DNA of 60,366 bases, counting the filler. It is 3 parts of 3 records of this genome, joined end to end, with 100 filler letters (N's around TTAATTAATTAA, not from the genome) between each part and the next. Parts side by side here need not be neighbours in the genome. Positions count along the whole stretch, not along the records: positions 43,042 to 60,366 come from SRR22947725_221; 2 more parts are not named here. The stretch is one strand, 5' to 3'. How positions within the stretch are numbered: position 1 is the stretch's first letter; each line of letters opens with the position of its first letter. Positions 52,682-60,366 of the stretch are shown here, in pieces. Below the pieces are notes generated by a model. The model did not search any database. It was not told the origin of the DNA and saw only the letters and a list, made by a program, of their open reading frames with translations. A program made the position numbers and the translations under genes.

Positions 52682-54634
52682 ATGAATCCTGAAAAGAAAT
52701 CTTTTTTTGAATCACCTGAGTGGCAGGCATTTATTAAGCCTTTTAAACAAATCTTTGGTGCCTTTCGCTCTAAGGATAATGCCGCCGCAGAATCTCCCCA
52801 AGACCTACCGAAGGCAGCTACGCCCCGGTCATTACCAAGCGCTAAAGTTACCCCCAAAAAAGTGAAGCCTGCCCAGCAGCAGGAAGCCGATATTGAAAAT
52901 GAGCTGGTCAAGCCTAAAGAACCTGAACCGAGTAAAGAGGAACTTTTAAAGCTTCAGAAAGAACAAGAAGAGAAGCGTCAAGAGTTTCTACTTAGCAAAT
53001 TTGAACAGCGTAAAGCTGAACGCGAAAAGCGGCGTCAAGAATTGGGCGAACTCCCTGAGACCGTCATCGATGAAGAGCGAGTATCTTTAGCAGAGAAACA
53101 GGATTTCCCGCAGTACAGCTTAGAAGATTTTATGAATTCAGAAGAAGAGGATGAAGCAGCCCCTGTTCGAGAATTTAATTTGCCGGCTGGCGGCTTACAG
53201 TTACCGCGTTTGGAGATGTTAGATGAGGTTCCAGAGAAGCGCGAAAGAGACCAGGAAGAGATAAAGCGCAAAGAAGATTTAGTCCAGGATACCCTCGATA
53301 GTTTTAGGATTGATGCGACGGTGATGGGCTCTGTACAGGGGCCGCGCATAACGCGCATAGAAATCCGTCCGGCACAAGGCGTAAATGTTGATGCTATTGC
53401 GAATCTTAATAAGAATATTGCGATGGAGTTGGAAGCTGCCAGTTTGCGGGTGTTGGCGCCTATTCCAGGTCGTCCTTTTGTGGGCATAGAAGTTCCGAAC
53501 GATCATCCGGAGAAGGTGGCACTACGGGAACTTTTGGCTAGCCCCGATTGGCGGCATGATGATCACTCGATTCCTCTTGCTCTCGGTAAGAACACTTCGG
53601 GTGAAATTCGCGTTTTGGATTTAGCAAAAGCACCTCATTTGTTAATTGCAGGTGCTACTGGTGCCGGTAAGTCTGTCTGTATTAATACAATTGTTATGTC
53701 GATGGTTTTCCGTTTATCACCTGAAGAATTGCAACTCATTTTAGTGGATCCTAAAGTGGTTGAACTGACGGCTTACCAGAAGATGCCTCACTTGATTGCA
53801 CCAGTCATTACCGATACTAAGAAAGTCCCCTCGATGTTAAAGTGGGTGGTGGCTGAAATGAAGCGCCGTTATAAGATACTGGCGGCAGTTGGAGCTAGAA
53901 ATATTGCCGGCTTTAATAGTCGACCAGTGTCGACAGACAAAGCTTATACGGAAGATGGCGATGAGATCCCTCAGAAGTTTCCTTTTATGGTCATTATTAT
54001 CGATGAACTTGCCGATATTATGATGACAGCAGGAGCAGATGTAGAGATGGCTCTGGCGCAGATTGCACAGTTATCGCGGGCAGTTGGAATTCATACAATT
54101 ATTGCGACTCAAAGGCCGAGTGTAAATGTTATAACCGGTATAATTAAAGCCAATTATCCCACGAGAATTGCTTTTCAGGTTTCATCGCATGTTGATTCAA
54201 GAACGATTCTCGACGGCAAGGGTGCGGAGCAGTTACTTGGGCGCGGTGATATGCTTTATTCTCCCCCGGGGGCGTCGGTTATTGAGCGCTTGCAAGGAGC
54301 CATGCTAGAAGATGCCGAAATAGATAAGTGTGTCGATTTCTTGTCAGAACAGATGGATACTTGCTTTGAACCTTCTTTGGAGAGAATACTGACAGGTAAT
54401 TTTGATGACGAGCCGAATTCTGGAGCCGCGGCTTCAGTCAGTGGCGAAGATGGTGATTTATTAAAAGAAGCAATGGAGATCATTGCTCGAGACCGCAAGG
54501 CATCAACTTCTTATTTGCAGCGTCGCTTGCGCATTGGTTATAACCGAGCGGCGACCTTAGTTGAGCAACTTGAGGAGATGGGCGTTATTGGCCCACAGGT
54601 TGGCTCTGCACCGCGCGAAATATTTATTGATTAG
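52682..54634 (+). CDS. ftsK: FtsK/SpoIIIE DNA translocase without N-terminal TM domain
   Basis: PHLLIAGATGAGKS, VDPK, IIIDELAD, ATQRPS, GAEQLLGRGDML, gamma domain LQRRLRIGYNRAA; charged N-terminus. Confidence 0.92.
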   Translation: MNPEKKSFFESPEWQAFIKPFKQIFGAFRSKDNAAAESPQDLPKAATPRSLPSAKVTPKKVKPAQQQEADIENELVKPKEPEPSKEELLKLQKEQEEKRQEFLLSKFEQRKAEREKRRQELGELPETVIDEERVSLAEKQDFPQYSLEDFMNSEEEDEAAPVREFNLPAGGLQLPRLEMLDEVPEKRERDQEEIKRKEDLVQDTLDSFRIDATVMGSVQGPRITRIEIRPAQGVNVDAIANLNKNIAMELEAASLRVLAPIPGRPFVGIEVPNDHPEKVALRELLASPDWRHDDHSIPLALGKNTSGEIRVLDLAKAPHLLIAGATGAGKSVCINTIVMSMVFRLSPEELQLILVDPKVVELTAYQKMPHLIAPVITDTKKVPSMLKWVVAEMKRRYKILAAVGARNIAGFNSRPVSTDKAYTEDGDEIPQKFPFMVIIIDELADIMMTAGADVEMALAQIAQLSRAVGIHTIIATQRPSVNVITGIIKANYPTRIAFQVSSHVDSRTILDGKGAEQLLGRGDMLYSPPGASVIERLQGAMLEDAEIDKCVDFLSEQMDTCFEPSLERILTGNFDDEPNSGAAASVSGEDGDLLKEAMEIIARDRKASTSYLQRRLRIGYNRAATLVEQLEEMGVIGPQVGSAPREIFID

Positions 54635-55151
54635 ATTCTTTTTTCGGACGTTTGTCGAGTATAGCTTGCTTATCAACGGCATCGATAGAGATGTCATCGC
54701 CGGCGCCATTTGAATTGACTTTATCAGCCCCAGTTGACCATATGGTAAATTCTTTGCCATTAGTGGTGTAGAGATAAGGTAATCTCCAAGGGTCTAAAGG
54801 GGTCATGGGGTCGGCATTTGGAGCGGCATAGTTGTCATGAGAAGTGGTGATAGCAACGCCTTTGTAGTCGATGAACATGTCGCGCGGTTCAGTATTTTCT
54901 TTTGAGGGCATGATTTTAGAAAATTGTTCACCAAAATTTAAGACGTAATCTTTCTGTTGGGCGGGGTAATGGCCGTGATGGTGTTTGTATTGTTCTACAG
55001 CAGATTTTATAGCTTTAAGGTCGATAAGAACTTTGTAGTTTTCACGGGCAGAAGACATGCGCAGTGAATTTTTAAGGATGACTAAGGTGGCGAGTCCTAG
55101 GGCGAGTCCTAAACCGATGGTGACAGGCCAGTTTGTCTTTTTTGGATTCAT
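54624..55151 (-). CDS. GspG/pseudopilin-domain protein
   Basis: N-terminal TM; DL.AIK.A...Y....G.YP, DPW..PY.Y, WS.G.D....GDDI. Confidence 0.7.
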   Translation of the reverse strand: MNPKKTNWPVTIGLGLALGLATLVILKNSLRMSSARENYKVLIDLKAIKSAVEQYKHHHGHYPAQQKDYVLNFGEQFSKIMPSKENTEPRDMFIDYKGVAITTSHDNYAAPNADPMTPLDPWRLPYLYTTNGKEFTIWSTGADKVNSNGAGDDISIDAVDKQAILDKRPKKESNQ

Positions 55152-56188
55152 AGTAAGTTTTGTTTTTTCAGTATTTTTGTCGTTGCAGTCGAAATATGTG
55201 GTAACTCTGAAAGTGGGAAATAAGTCAGTTGCCTATTTTCATAGTCTGGGACTTCTTTTAAAAGTTCACTTTCAGTTTTATTTACGGCGTAATTGTAGAT
55301 TCGGTATTTGGTAATACCAGTCTTTAAGACCGTGGATGCTGGTATTTTCGCATCGCATAGAGGGTACTGTTTAAAGTTTGCTGGGTTTTGCAAGGCGGCA
55401 GTCGGTAATTCCCACTGGTCTGTCAACCATTCTTTAGCGCCTTTTTTGTAAAGGAGAATTTCATTTTGATCATTTATGGAGATGACGCGTAATAGATGTA
55501 GGTCGATAAGCTTTTGGGCTTTTTTCGTTCTAACGGGTAATTGTTCTTGGGTATTGTTTTTTCTAGCTTTGCAGTTGGTGTTTAGAGGGCATGTGAGGCA
55601 AAGTGGATTTTTAACGCGGCAGATAACTCGGCCAAGATCCATAAGAGCTTCATTTACTTTCCGGGGACCGATCTTATCGATTATAGCGAAGAACTCTTCT
55701 TGCTCGAGAAGTTGGCGGATATCTTGATCGAGGCCTTTTTCATAGGGGGTGAAAATTTCAAAATAACGGCTCAGAACTCGCTTGAGGTTGCCATCCACAG
55801 CGAGCGCCGGAAGGTCGTGGCCAATAGCACGTAGAGCGCTTGCAGTGTAAGGGCCAACGCCATTTATTTCTTGAAGTTCACTTTCGTCCTTAGGAAAGTC
55901 TTTGTCGGCTAGGTATTGGGCAGCTTTCAATAAGTTTACAGCGCGCCTGTAGTAGCCTAGGCCTTGCCAAGCTGAGCGTAAAGTATCGTCATCTGCGGCA
56001 GCGAGTGAATTGATATCGGGGAATTTTTTGAGGAATTCCGAGAACTTAGGAAGGACGGTTGAGACGGTCGTCTGCTGCAGCATGATTTCAGAAACAAGGG
56101 TGCTGTAAAGCGTGCGATTTTGGCGCCAGGGCAGGAGAGAGTATTCTTCTTCGGACCATTCGGCTAGTTGTTGAAAGTCACTTTGCAT
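55148..56188 (-). CDS. mutY: A/G-specific adenine glycosylase
   Basis: LPWR, VSEIMLQQT, W.GLGYY.RA, GVGPYTA, VDGN..RV..R, C-x6-C-x2-C-x5-C; start moved to MQSDF (56188). Confidence 0.93.
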   Translation of the reverse strand: MQSDFQQLAEWSEEEYSLLPWRQNRTLYSTLVSEIMLQQTTVSTVLPKFSEFLKKFPDINSLAAADDDTLRSAWQGLGYYRRAVNLLKAAQYLADKDFPKDESELQEINGVGPYTASALRAIGHDLPALAVDGNLKRVLSRYFEIFTPYEKGLDQDIRQLLEQEEFFAIIDKIGPRKVNEALMDLGRVICRVKNPLCLTCPLNTNCKARKNNTQEQLPVRTKKAQKLIDLHLLRVISINDQNEILLYKKGAKEWLTDQWELPTAALQNPANFKQYPLCDAKIPASTVLKTGITKYRIYNYAVNKTESELLKEVPDYENRQLTYFPLSELPHISTATTKILKKQNLL

Positions 56189-56594
56189 GGCTAGTTGGGT
56201 CGAAGTAGATAAATTCCAGTGTGTAGTCGTTGGGGTCGGTGAAGTAGACACTGCCGCCATCCCAGCGTTCGTAGGCCTTTTTAGTAATTTCGATTTCGTG
56301 CTCAATTAATTTTTCTTGTAGATTAAAGACATCTTGCATGGAAGGGGCTTGAAAGCCAAAATGAGTAAAGGCTTTACCCTTTTTAGTCGGGCGCATGTCG
56401 CGATTAAAGGCTTCGCTGCCACCGGGGTATTGGAGAAGGGCAAAAACTGATGCGTCGCCGATTGAGAAAAAGCAATCGTGTTGGCGTTGTTCGCTGATTT
56501 TTAGGCCGAGGATTTCGGTGTAGAATTTGATTGAGCTTTCAAGGTCTGCTACAGAAAGTCCAAAGTGATTGATGCCAGTTACTGAAAATGTCAT
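56178..56594 (-). CDS. VOC/glyoxalase-family protein
   Basis: GINHFGLSV.DLE.S..FY..ILG, HFGF, SVYFTDP....LE. Confidence 0.88.
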   Translation of the reverse strand: MTFSVTGINHFGLSVADLESSIKFYTEILGLKISEQRQHDCFFSIGDASVFALLQYPGGSEAFNRDMRPTKKGKAFTHFGFQAPSMQDVFNLQEKLIEHEIEITKKAYERWDGGSVYFTDPNDYTLEFIYFDPTSHAK

Positions 56595-56659
56595 GGGTTT
56601 TTTAGGGGAATATAGACAGTTTCATCGGAGGTGAAAGAAGGAACGTTGATTTTCTTGAC

Positions 56660-57688
56660 TTAAATAAGGGATCGGCGGCCAGCAATGCGGCTAAGCTCAA
56701 GAATTTCTTCGTGATATTCGATCTTTGTTAACCATGTGCCAGGCCAACCTTCGGTACCATTGTAGGCGCCACAAAGAGCACCCGTTATAGCGGCGAGAGT
56801 GTCAGAGGGGCCATTGCTGAATGCGGCTCTTTGAACGGCGTTTTCGGGATTGTCTGGATTAAGTAAAAAACAGTAAGTTCCTATGGCGAGAGCATCTTCG
56901 GCATCCCAGCCTTCACCGAGTAATTCACAGGGGTCATAATGCTCTTTGTCAGTATTGATGAATTCGCTGGCCAATTGAAGTTTTTGAAGGCATTTTTTGA
57001 AGCCTTTCTCTAGGTATTCTTCGGCGGAAGAATAGCCCGGGAATTGCCAGAAACTGTCACCAATATTGCTCGACCAGTAGTTACGTTGATCTCGGGAAAT
57101 ATTGTGGAAGTGCTGGATCAGGGTTTTGGTGTGATTGCCACTTAGAAGCCATGAGATACCTTCGTTGAGCAGACAGCAAGCGACAATAGTTTCAGGAGCG
57201 GCATGAGTGAGTATGACTGACTCTTGAGTGAGTTGCCAGCGTTGCTCCTGTTGTTTATCGGGGTGCCCAAGCCAATAAGCAATAGGAATACTTCTGACTA
57301 GAGCCGAGCTTGAGTTCATGGAGGTGTTTGTGGCGCTACTCCAGTGAAGACCGTTTGACAATCGTTCAATGGCTTTGAGATTTTGCTGGCAAGTTGGTCG
57401 ATTATTCCTTGGTTCGAGGAACCAGAGGTTGAGGAACTGTATGAAAATATCTATGGGGCGCTCTGCAGTGACGGCTTTTTGCATGGCGAGAGCGGTGTAA
57501 ACAGCCAATTGAGTATCGTCTCCGACAAAGAGAGTTTGTTCATCTTCATCAAAATTTAAACCCAAGTAATTGTCACAATAGCTATCGGCGATCTCATTGA
57601 CGGTGATGCTATTGACTTTGGAGCCAAGAGCATCGCCAAAAGCAAGGCCGTAAAATGAAGCTAGAATTTTATTCGCAGTTTGTTCCAT
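56660..57688 (-). CDS. ADP-ribosylglycohydrolase (DraG/ARH) family protein
   Basis: GLAFGDALG, DDTQ, LTH, GEGW.AE.ALA, SDTLAAITGAL.GA..G; start moved to MEQTA (57688). Confidence 0.85.
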   Translation of the reverse strand: MEQTANKILASFYGLAFGDALGSKVNSITVNEIADSYCDNYLGLNFDEDEQTLFVGDDTQLAVYTALAMQKAVTAERPIDIFIQFLNLWFLEPRNNRPTCQQNLKAIERLSNGLHWSSATNTSMNSSSALVRSIPIAYWLGHPDKQQEQRWQLTQESVILTHAAPETIVACCLLNEGISWLLSGNHTKTLIQHFHNISRDQRNYWSSNIGDSFWQFPGYSSAEEYLEKGFKKCLQKLQLASEFINTDKEHYDPCELLGEGWDAEDALAIGTYCFLLNPDNPENAVQRAAFSNGPSDTLAAITGALCGAYNGTEGWPGTWLTKIEYHEEILELSRIAGRRSLI

Positions 57689-57823
57689 AATAGAGAATCT
57701 ATGCCACTGAAATGAGTTGCTGTCAATAGCGGGCCTTTGATAACTACGGCTTAACATTTTATTTGTGAATACTGCCATTAGAGTAGATTTTATAAATAAA
57801 TTGAGTTTTAGGAGAAGTGATTT

Positions 57824-58432
57824 ATGCGCATTTTTTGTATCGGGCGCAATTATGCCGCACATGCCGCTGAATTGAAAAACGAAGTGCCATCAGAGCCGGT
57901 AGTTTTTATAAAGCCAGAGACTTGTTTAGTTGAGGCTGGAAAAGATCTGAAATTCCCGAATCATGGGGAGAACCTCCACCACGAAGCAGAGATCGTAGTG
58001 AAGATAGGTCGCGATGGCAGCCACATTTTGGAAGAGGATGCCGCTGATTATATATCTCACCTAGGGCTTGGTATTGATTTAACTTTGCGGGATGTGCAAG
58101 AATCCTTGAAAGCTAAGCGTTTACCGTGGGAGAAAGCCAAGGCTTTTGATGGAAGTTCGCCGTTGGCTGATTTACTTCCTTACACAGGTCAAGCATTGGA
58201 GTCTTTGCATGTAGCCTGTGAAGTTAATGGGCAATTACGGCAAGATGGCGATAGTTCTGAGATGATTTTTTCAATTCCTAAGATTATTTCTCATCTCAGT
58301 GAAATTTGGCAATTAACAGCAGGAGACTTGATTTATACGGGGACTCCCAGTGGTGTCGCTTCTTTGCAAAAAGGGGATAATATCCGCATCTTTAGTCGGG
58401 ATCTTGGCGAAGCGTCTTGGGAAATCTGTTGA
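57824..58432 (+). CDS. Fumarylacetoacetate hydrolase family protein
   Basis: CIGRNY..H..E, PVVFIKP, HHEAE, DLTLRD.Q, PWEKAKAFD, GDLIYTGTP. Confidence 0.93.
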   Translation: MRIFCIGRNYAAHAAELKNEVPSEPVVFIKPETCLVEAGKDLKFPNHGENLHHEAEIVVKIGRDGSHILEEDAADYISHLGLGIDLTLRDVQESLKAKRLPWEKAKAFDGSSPLADLLPYTGQALESLHVACEVNGQLRQDGDSSEMIFSIPKIISHLSEIWQLTAGDLIYTGTPSGVASLQKGDNIRIFSRDLGEASWEIC

Positions 58433-58529
58433 TTTCCTCATAAAAGCTTTTTCTGAGAGGGCGATTTTCAGCTTGAAACGTGTATAATAGGCGGGTCTTT
58501 TTGAGTTAGAGTTAGCAGGAGTTTGGCGG

Positions 58530-60035
58530 GTGCCGATCGATATAAGCAAAGAAGAAGTTTATAAGCATATACAATCCGGGGTGGATCAAGCCCTTAAGGA
58601 ATTTCGTCGCGAATACCTGCCGTCGCGAATTTTGACCGATATGATTGATACCTGGCCCGAGCCCGAAGTTGAGCTTTTCTTGGCTTCTTATCCAGAGACT
58701 CCCAGTATTCTTATCGAACGCATGGCTTATATGAGCAAGCAACCTGAAGTTTTATGTGCTATTGCTTCTCATCCTCGGACATCCGCTAAAATCATGCAGG
58801 ACCTAGCTTCACATAAAGAAGTTGAGGTTCGCCAAATGCTGGCGGTCAATAAGCAGATTTCGCCTCAGACGGCGGCCTTACTTTCTGAAGATGAATCGGT
58901 GATTGTAAAGATGTTGTTAGCTGCTAATCCATCTTTGCCATCGCGAGTTAAAAACCATTTGTTGACAGACCCCAATGCTATCGTTCGCGGTGTTTTTGCC
59001 GATAGTAAAATGATGGATGAAGATGCTTTGAATAAGCTTTTGATGGATCCGGATTTTTTAATTAAAGCCAAAGTCGCAGTTAAGGCGAAAGTCAGCGATG
59101 AACTTTTACTGAAGTGGGCTGATAGCGATGAGTTTTTGGCTCAATTATTTTTAATGGCTCGTAAGAATCTCCCCCCGAAAGTTCTCGAGTCTTTAAGTTT
59201 TAGTTCACATTCGGAAGTGCAAATACAGGCTTTGAAGACGAAGACTTTAGCGGAAGACGAACAATTAGGCTGGGCTCGTAGTGAGGATGTCTTGTTGCGC
59301 CGTGAAATTGCCTCAAAACCGGAATTGACAGTCAAGGTTCAAAAGATCTTGGCCGAAGATGCCGATCTTTCAGTGCGTCAGAGTTTAGCGGCGAATATGG
59401 CCATTAGTGACGAAGTTAAAGAACTGCTGGCAGTCAATAATCAGGGTTTAAGTGAAATTTTAATAGAGCAACAGCAGTTGCCGGCGACAGCTTTAAGTGA
59501 ACTCTGCCGTCATGGGGATGAGAAGACATTATTCGAATTGGCATTAACAGCAGAATTAAATGATGAGCAGGTGGGTATATTAGCCAATAAAGGCGATCTC
59601 GAACTTATTTTTATTTTGGCGCGCCGCCATTTGGTGACGACTCAGCTGCAGCGTGAACGGGTTGTTGAATTAGTGAATTCGCGCATGCCAACTTTGATTG
59701 CATTTTGTATTAAAAGCAGTTGCTTGAAGGTCGCGGAATTGTCGAAGTTTTTGGTGCACCCTTGTTATCAAGTAAAATTAGCTCTGATGGAAAATCCGAA
59801 TATTAATCGCCCTCAACTTTTAGAATTAGCCGAAGATGAGCATAAAACTGTTTCGGCCAAGGCTTTTGAGATGTTACAAGCATTGACCAAAGAGCCACAG
59901 GTAGCAGTAGACGAAGTTATTGAGGAGCCGGCAGTGGAAGTTGTAGATGAATCCGTCGTTGAAGAAGCCCCTACAAAGAAAATTTTGAAGAAAATCATTA
60001 AGAAAGTAGTTAAGAAAAAGAAAGGAGATGACTGA
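58530..60035 (+). CDS. Helical-repeat (LRV/HEAT-like) protein with charged tail
   Basis: Recurrent approx. 24-aa units of type L..LA.D....VR..LA.NP; acidic then Lys-rich C-terminus. Confidence 0.7.
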   Translation: MPIDISKEEVYKHIQSGVDQALKEFRREYLPSRILTDMIDTWPEPEVELFLASYPETPSILIERMAYMSKQPEVLCAIASHPRTSAKIMQDLASHKEVEVRQMLAVNKQISPQTAALLSEDESVIVKMLLAANPSLPSRVKNHLLTDPNAIVRGVFADSKMMDEDALNKLLMDPDFLIKAKVAVKAKVSDELLLKWADSDEFLAQLFLMARKNLPPKVLESLSFSSHSEVQIQALKTKTLAEDEQLGWARSEDVLLRREIASKPELTVKVQKILAEDADLSVRQSLAANMAISDEVKELLAVNNQGLSEILIEQQQLPATALSELCRHGDEKTLFELALTAELNDEQVGILANKGDLELIFILARRHLVTTQLQRERVVELVNSRMPTLIAFCIKSSCLKVAELSKFLVHPCYQVKLALMENPNINRPQLLELAEDEHKTVSAKAFEMLQALTKEPQVAVDEVIEEPAVEVVDESVVEEAPTKKILKKIIKKVVKKKKGDD

Positions 60036-60036
60036 T

Positions 60037-60366
60037 ATGGCTAAGGCAAAGCAGCCGTTATCATTTATTGATATTGTTACCCGGGCGGATGCCGATATAA
60101 TCCGCCAGGCATTGGAAGCGCGTGAAAAAATCGATGATTTGTTGGTTATTCGCGAAGAAGCTTATAAAAAGATTTATGAAATAGAGACAGAGATTGATGG
60201 TCTGTGTGGCGATGAAGGTGTTTTCGAGTTTGAAGAGGCGCCTTATCCTGTTGCTGGTATGACCAAGAAAGTGTCTAAGCCCAAACCAAAGCCGAAGCCG
60301 GCACCAGTGGAAGAAGAGCAGGCAGACGAACCTGCAGTTGAAGATGTTGTGGAAGAAGAAAAATCT
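60037..60366 (+). CDS. Hypothetical protein (3'-truncated, absent from ORF track)
   Basis: AGGAG RBS, ATG 60037, open to window end: MAKAKQPLSFIDIVTRADADIIRQALEAREKID...KPKPKPKPAPVEEE. Confidence 0.75.
   Translation, partial: MAKAKQPLSFIDIVTRADADIIRQALEAREKIDDLLVIREEAYKKIYEIETEIDGLCGDEGVFEFEEAPYPVAGMTKKVSKPKPKPKPAPVEEEQADEPAVEDVVEEEKS

Noticed and set aside
52682-54634. FtsK as a conjugation, type VII secretion or defence ATPase
   Set aside because: Single motor domain with canonical gamma domain and no mobile-element neighbours
56189-56305. N-terminal extension of MutY in the ORF track (likewise 57689-57862 for the ARH gene)
   Set aside because: Overlaps neighbouring real genes; family similarity begins at downstream ATGs

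Overview
The window is three unrelated contigs joined by artificial 100-bp spacers (N44-TTAATTAATTAA-N44 at 19077-19176 and 42942-43041), so no adjacency across the spacers is biological. Contig 1 (1-19076, very AT-rich, alphaproteobacterial gene order) runs nqrF (partial), a degenerate stand-alone NuoL-like gene, birA-coaX-rnj-DUF1467, rpiB-glyA-nrdR-rib genes-nusB-thiL, bamE, a Cbp3-like chaperone, plsX-fabH-ihfA-MerR and partial ppiD. Contig 2 (19177-42941, AT-rich, streamlined gammaproteobacterium, SAR86-like by inference) has a SAM-II-like riboswitch before metY, a ccmA-H(I) operon, smc-zipA-ligA, an M16C peptidase, mnmC and an alkylsulfatase. Contig 3 (43042-60366, higher GC, PVC/Lentisphaera-like by inference) has a Ser/Thr kinase, an esterase, two sulfatases, ychF, a membrane MutS-like ATPase, a TM-less FtsK, mutY, an ARH-family protein and a helical-repeat protein. 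The strongest candidates for something undescribed are: (1) an Smc with no hinge domain whose two coiled-coil strands each carry a matched, nested duplication (periods 120 aa and 143 aa); (2) an intact orphan NuoL homologue at the usual nuo locus, next to Na+-NQR, with its proton-pathway residues replaced and its lateral helix missing; (3) a SAM-II aptamer apparently wired to a distant SD through an anti-SD relay. All calls are by-eye motif recognition; no searches were run, and taxonomy and novelty are unverified.
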